Assembly: GCA_035568995.1 (NCBI GenBank)
Contig: DATMNL010000003.1
Location: forward strand, 55,828-119,827
DNA length: 64,000 nt
Source of the DNA: Rhizomicrobium sp.
GTDB taxonomy: Bacteria > Pseudomonadota > Alphaproteobacteria > Micropepsales > Micropepsaceae
Direction: 5' to 3'
Shown here: one piece after another, positions 61,072 to 64,000 of the stretch
Layout: each line of letters starts with the position of its first letter
Position numbering within the stretch: position 1 is the stretch's first letter
Notes under the pieces: model-generated
What the model saw: the letters and a program-made list of their open reading frames with translations, nothing else
What the model was told of the DNA's origin: nothing
Database searches by the model: none
Made by a program: the position numbers and the translations under genes

Positions 61072-61188
61072 TCCCGGTACCTGTCCATGTTTTCACCTGT
61101 TCGGAATTGGGAACTCTCAGAAAAGATTTTACAAATGCGGATGCGCTTGCCAAACTTTTCCCGGCGGGGAGAGAAGGGACTGTTCGTT

Positions 61189-61875
61189 ATGTCGCCCCGC
61201 CTTTTTGCGGTACCCATTTTCGTTGCCGCCGCCCTTCTCGCGGGTTGCACCGCTCAACGCATCAGTGTGCCGGTGCGCACTGCCACCGAAGAATTGCTGA
61301 TCTCCAGCGCCGCCGACCGTGCCGCCGCCCAGCTTTTGCTGGGCATTCCCAAGGACACACGCATATTTGTCGATCGCCAATATTTTCAGGGCTATGACGA
61401 TGGCTATGCCATCAACGCCATCCGCACCCAGTTCCTGCGCCAGGGATTGGAATTGGTGGACAACCGGGCGGATGCCGATGCGATTGTGACGGTGGCATCG
61501 GGCGCGCTTTCCACGGACGAGAAATCCCTGCTGATCGGCATTCCGCAGCTGACACTGCCCTTCCTGCCGGTGGGAAATTCCGTGACGGTGCCGGAAATAT
61601 CGGTTTTCAAAAGCGCGCAGGACAAGGCCACCGCCAAATTTGTGGCCACCGGCTATGACGCCAAAACCGGCAAGCTGATCGCCACCACCAACCCGCAATA
61701 TGGATTTTCGCACCAGACCAATCACACCATCTTGCTGTTCTTTTCCTGGGAGACGGGCGACCTGATCCCGCCGAACATCGACCAGAATCAGTTGTCGGTC
61801 AGCAGCATGGCCCATTCCATTCCCGATGAACTGGGCGGCTTGATGACCAATTTGGGCAAAGCCAAACCGCCCTGA
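61189..61875 (+). CDS. Lipoprotein (DUF6655-like)
   Basis: Lipobox LAGC, RTATEELLISSAADRA; family name recalled, not searched. Confidence 0.55.
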   Translation: MSPRLFAVPIFVAAALLAGCTAQRISVPVRTATEELLISSAADRAAAQLLLGIPKDTRIFVDRQYFQGYDDGYAINAIRTQFLRQGLELVDNRADADAIVTVASGALSTDEKSLLIGIPQLTLPFLPVGNSVTVPEISVFKSAQDKATAKFVATGYDAKTGKLIATTNPQYGFSHQTNHTILLFFSWETGDLIPPNIDQNQLSVSSMAHSIPDELGGLMTNLGKAKPP

Positions 61876-61886
61876 CGGTTCTGGGA

Positions 61887-62621
61887 TCAGGGAATGGCGA
61901 TGCCGGTCGGCTTGAAAACCGCCGCCGCTTCCGGCCGCGTGATAAAAGCCAGGAAAGCCGCCGCCTCGTCGGGATGGGCGGCGTTCGCCGGCACCGCGCC
62001 GGACATCGTGATGGTAAGGCCGATGCCATCGGGCACCGGACCCACAATATCAATGCCTTTGTTCAAAACTTCCTCGGTTTCCACCGCGACGGCCATGTCC
62101 GCCTTGCCATCCGCCACGGCCACGCCGCCTTGGGTCGTTGACGGCCCGGCGATCACGCCGGCATATTCAGGCTGTTTCAGAAGCGCGTCCACCATTTTTC
62201 CTGCCAGGCTGCCAATGGCGGGATCGTTGTAGGCGACGCGCTTGCCCTTCAGCGCCGCGCGGAATTTTTCAGCAGTCGAGATATCGGGATGCGGCGTGCC
62301 GCTTTTTACCGCCAGGCCAAACACCACGCGGCCGATTTTTCTCTCGCTCCCCGGCTTCAATTTGTCGGCCATGCCGGCCAACTCATTCGGAGGCAGCAGC
62401 ACCAGATCCGCCACTCGGCCTTCGGCGATCGCCTGCTGGATTCGTCCCACCGTGCCGGCACCAGCGCCGAGCACCGCGCTGTTGCCTGTTTGCGCCTTCC
62501 ATTGCTCTGCAAGGGTCGCGAAGCCTGGGCCAATCAGGCCCGGCGCCAGGACGGTGATCTCCGCCGCCTGGGCGGCGAAACTGAAAAGCATCAGTCCGGC
62601 CGACAACATGACGATCCGCAT
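61887..62621 (-). CDS. ModA-like periplasmic substrate-binding protein
   Basis: Signal peptide, ADLVLL, AVKSGTPHPDIST, DPAIGSLAG, VGPVPD, AAFLAFI. Confidence 0.75.
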   Translation of the reverse strand: MRIVMLSAGLMLFSFAAQAAEITVLAPGLIGPGFATLAEQWKAQTGNSAVLGAGAGTVGRIQQAIAEGRVADLVLLPPNELAGMADKLKPGSERKIGRVVFGLAVKSGTPHPDISTAEKFRAALKGKRVAYNDPAIGSLAGKMVDALLKQPEYAGVIAGPSTTQGGVAVADGKADMAVAVETEEVLNKGIDIVGPVPDGIGLTITMSGAVPANAAHPDEAAAFLAFITRPEAAAVFKPTGIAIP

Positions 62622-62631
62622 GTCACTCCCT

Positions 62632-63999
62632 TCAGGCGAAATACTGATAAATCCAGGTTTCGCTCAGTGTCTTGTCCCCCAGCCTGAGATAACAGCGAAG
62701 GTCAATCGGCTGTTTGCCACTTACCGGAACATCGAACAATGCCCGCCAGCGATTGGTGCCGACCAGCTTGGTGGCGTAGGCACCGGTTACCGCGCCTCCG
62801 GAAGTTGTGACGACCGGCATGATATCGAACCGCACACCCATTCCGGCCAAGGCGCCGCCCTCAAAATCCAGGGCGAATTTGCGGGAATCAGCAGGCCAGG
62901 TTTCGGCGCCCGGGATTCCCGCGCGGCCGATGCGCGTGGAGACCACCCGGGCAAGATCACCGGGGTAGCCCGGTTCTGCGTCCTGCCAATAGAGCCGATA
63001 GTCGAATGACAGCATGTCGCCGCTTTTGACCGGTTTTTCCGGCTGCCAGAAAGCGACAATATTGTCATGCACTTCGTCGTTGGTGGGAATTTCCACAAGC
63101 TGTACCGAACCTGCGCCCCAATCGCTCTTGGGTTCAACCCAGATGCCGGGCCGCTTGTTGTAGAAGGCGCTGTCGTCCTGATAGTCGGCGAAGTCGCGGT
63201 CCCTCTGCATCAATCCGAAACCTTTGGGGGCTGAGTCGATAAAGCTGTTGGTCTGAAGAGCGGGCGGATTGATCAGGGGCCGCCAGATGCGTTCGCCCTT
63301 GCCGGTCCAGATCGCCAGGCCGTCATTGTCGTGGATTTCGGGCCGCCAGTCCGGCGCGTGGTCGCGCTGGTTTTCGCCATACCAGTACATGCTGGTGAGC
63401 GGCGCGATGCCCAGGCCGCCAACCGGGCCGCGGAAAAACAGTTCGCAATACACGTCCATCACCACCACGCCATGCCGCATGCAATCGAACCTGTACGCGC
63501 CGCTGACGGATGGACCCTCGAGCAGGGCATAGATGGTGAGCGTCTCGCCCGCTTCCGTCAGCCAGAATTGCGAAAAGCGGGGAAACTCCTCGGGAATGGA
63601 AAGGCCCGTGTTGATCGCGATCCCTCTGGCCGAGGCGCCATATTGATCGTCCTGGCCGACCGAGCGGAAATAGCTGGCGCCCTGGAATGCGAGCCAATCG
63701 CTCTGATTGTCCTGGCTGTCATTGGCCCGGAATCCGGAAAAGCCCAGCGTGCCCAGCGCGGCCGGATCAATGCCGGATTCGCCATAGTCGAAATAGGCGG
63801 AGGAGTAGAGAAGTTCCCGTGCTTTTGTTGCTTCCAGAGCGAAAATCCGCACCGGTTCCAGCGAATATTTGTTGAGATGGAAAAAAGAAATGGGATAGGG
63901 CATTCCGGCCTGTCCGCGCCAGAGCGCGTCTTCGGAACGAAAACGGATCTTCTGCACTTTATCGAAGTCGATGCCCCGGATAATACCGGCGGCGGGTGT
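62632..63999 (-). CDS. Periplasmic glucan biosynthesis protein OpgG/OpgD; 5' truncated by window edge
   Basis: IRFR, FQGASYFR, YGASARGIA, EEFPRF..FW, GIAPLTSMYWYGE, RPEIHDNDGL, GFGLMQRDRDF, DNIVAFW, ETWIYQ; frame stays open to the window end. Confidence 0.92.
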   Translation of the reverse strand, partial: TPAAGIIRGIDFDKVQKIRFRSEDALWRGQAGMPYPISFFHLNKYSLEPVRIFALEATKARELLYSSAYFDYGESGIDPAALGTLGFSGFRANDSQDNQSDWLAFQGASYFRSVGQDDQYGASARGIAINTGLSIPEEFPRFSQFWLTEAGETLTIYALLEGPSVSGAYRFDCMRHGVVVMDVYCELFFRGPVGGLGIAPLTSMYWYGENQRDHAPDWRPEIHDNDGLAIWTGKGERIWRPLINPPALQTNSFIDSAPKGFGLMQRDRDFADYQDDSAFYNKRPGIWVEPKSDWGAGSVQLVEIPTNDEVHDNIVAFWQPEKPVKSGDMLSFDYRLYWQDAEPGYPGDLARVVSTRIGRAGIPGAETWPADSRKFALDFEGGALAGMGVRFDIMPVVTTSGGAVTGAYATKLVGTNRWRALFDVPVSGKQPIDLRCYLRLGDKTLSETWIYQYFA

Positions 64000-64000
64000 G

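Overview
A 64-kb, GC-rich chromosomal segment of an alphaproteobacterium. Gene order and style suggest a Rhizomicrobium/Micropepsaceae-like lineage, but this is inference and cannot be confirmed here. Most of it is core housekeeping: hpt, ftsEX-ydcF-plsC, nrdJ, tyrA-hisC, metX-metW, gloB, rpoD-dnaG-yqeY, carA, fabI-fabB-fabA, irr, two kup genes, psd-pssA and a partial opgG/D. No tRNA, rRNA, CRISPR array, integrase or transposase was found. The main accessory or unexplained features are: (1) an islet at about 11.95-13.3 kb with an AT-rich upstream region and a DUF5343-like gene, which has a perfect palindromic operator, an IHF site, and a multi-hairpin 3' region holding a convergent sigma70-like promoter (candidate antisense or cognate ncRNA); (2) a low-GC uracil-DNA-glycosylase-superfamily-like gene between two inverted REP-like arms downstream of carA; (3) a predicted peptide ligation/removal system (Zn peptidase, transglutaminase-DUF2126, degenerate circularly permuted ATP-grasp-alpha-E, transglutaminase) coupled to a ZIP transporter; (4) a subclass B3 metallo-beta-lactamase-like gene with all Zn ligands; (5) tandem CxxCxxCC paralogues; (6) Irr boxes before irr and before the rubrerythrin-FeS oxidoreductase-DUF3501 operon; (7) a 35-nt duplication of the psd 5' end that creates a leader ORF; and several families of dispersed palindromic repeats. 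All family assignments come from motif recognition by eye, not from database searches.
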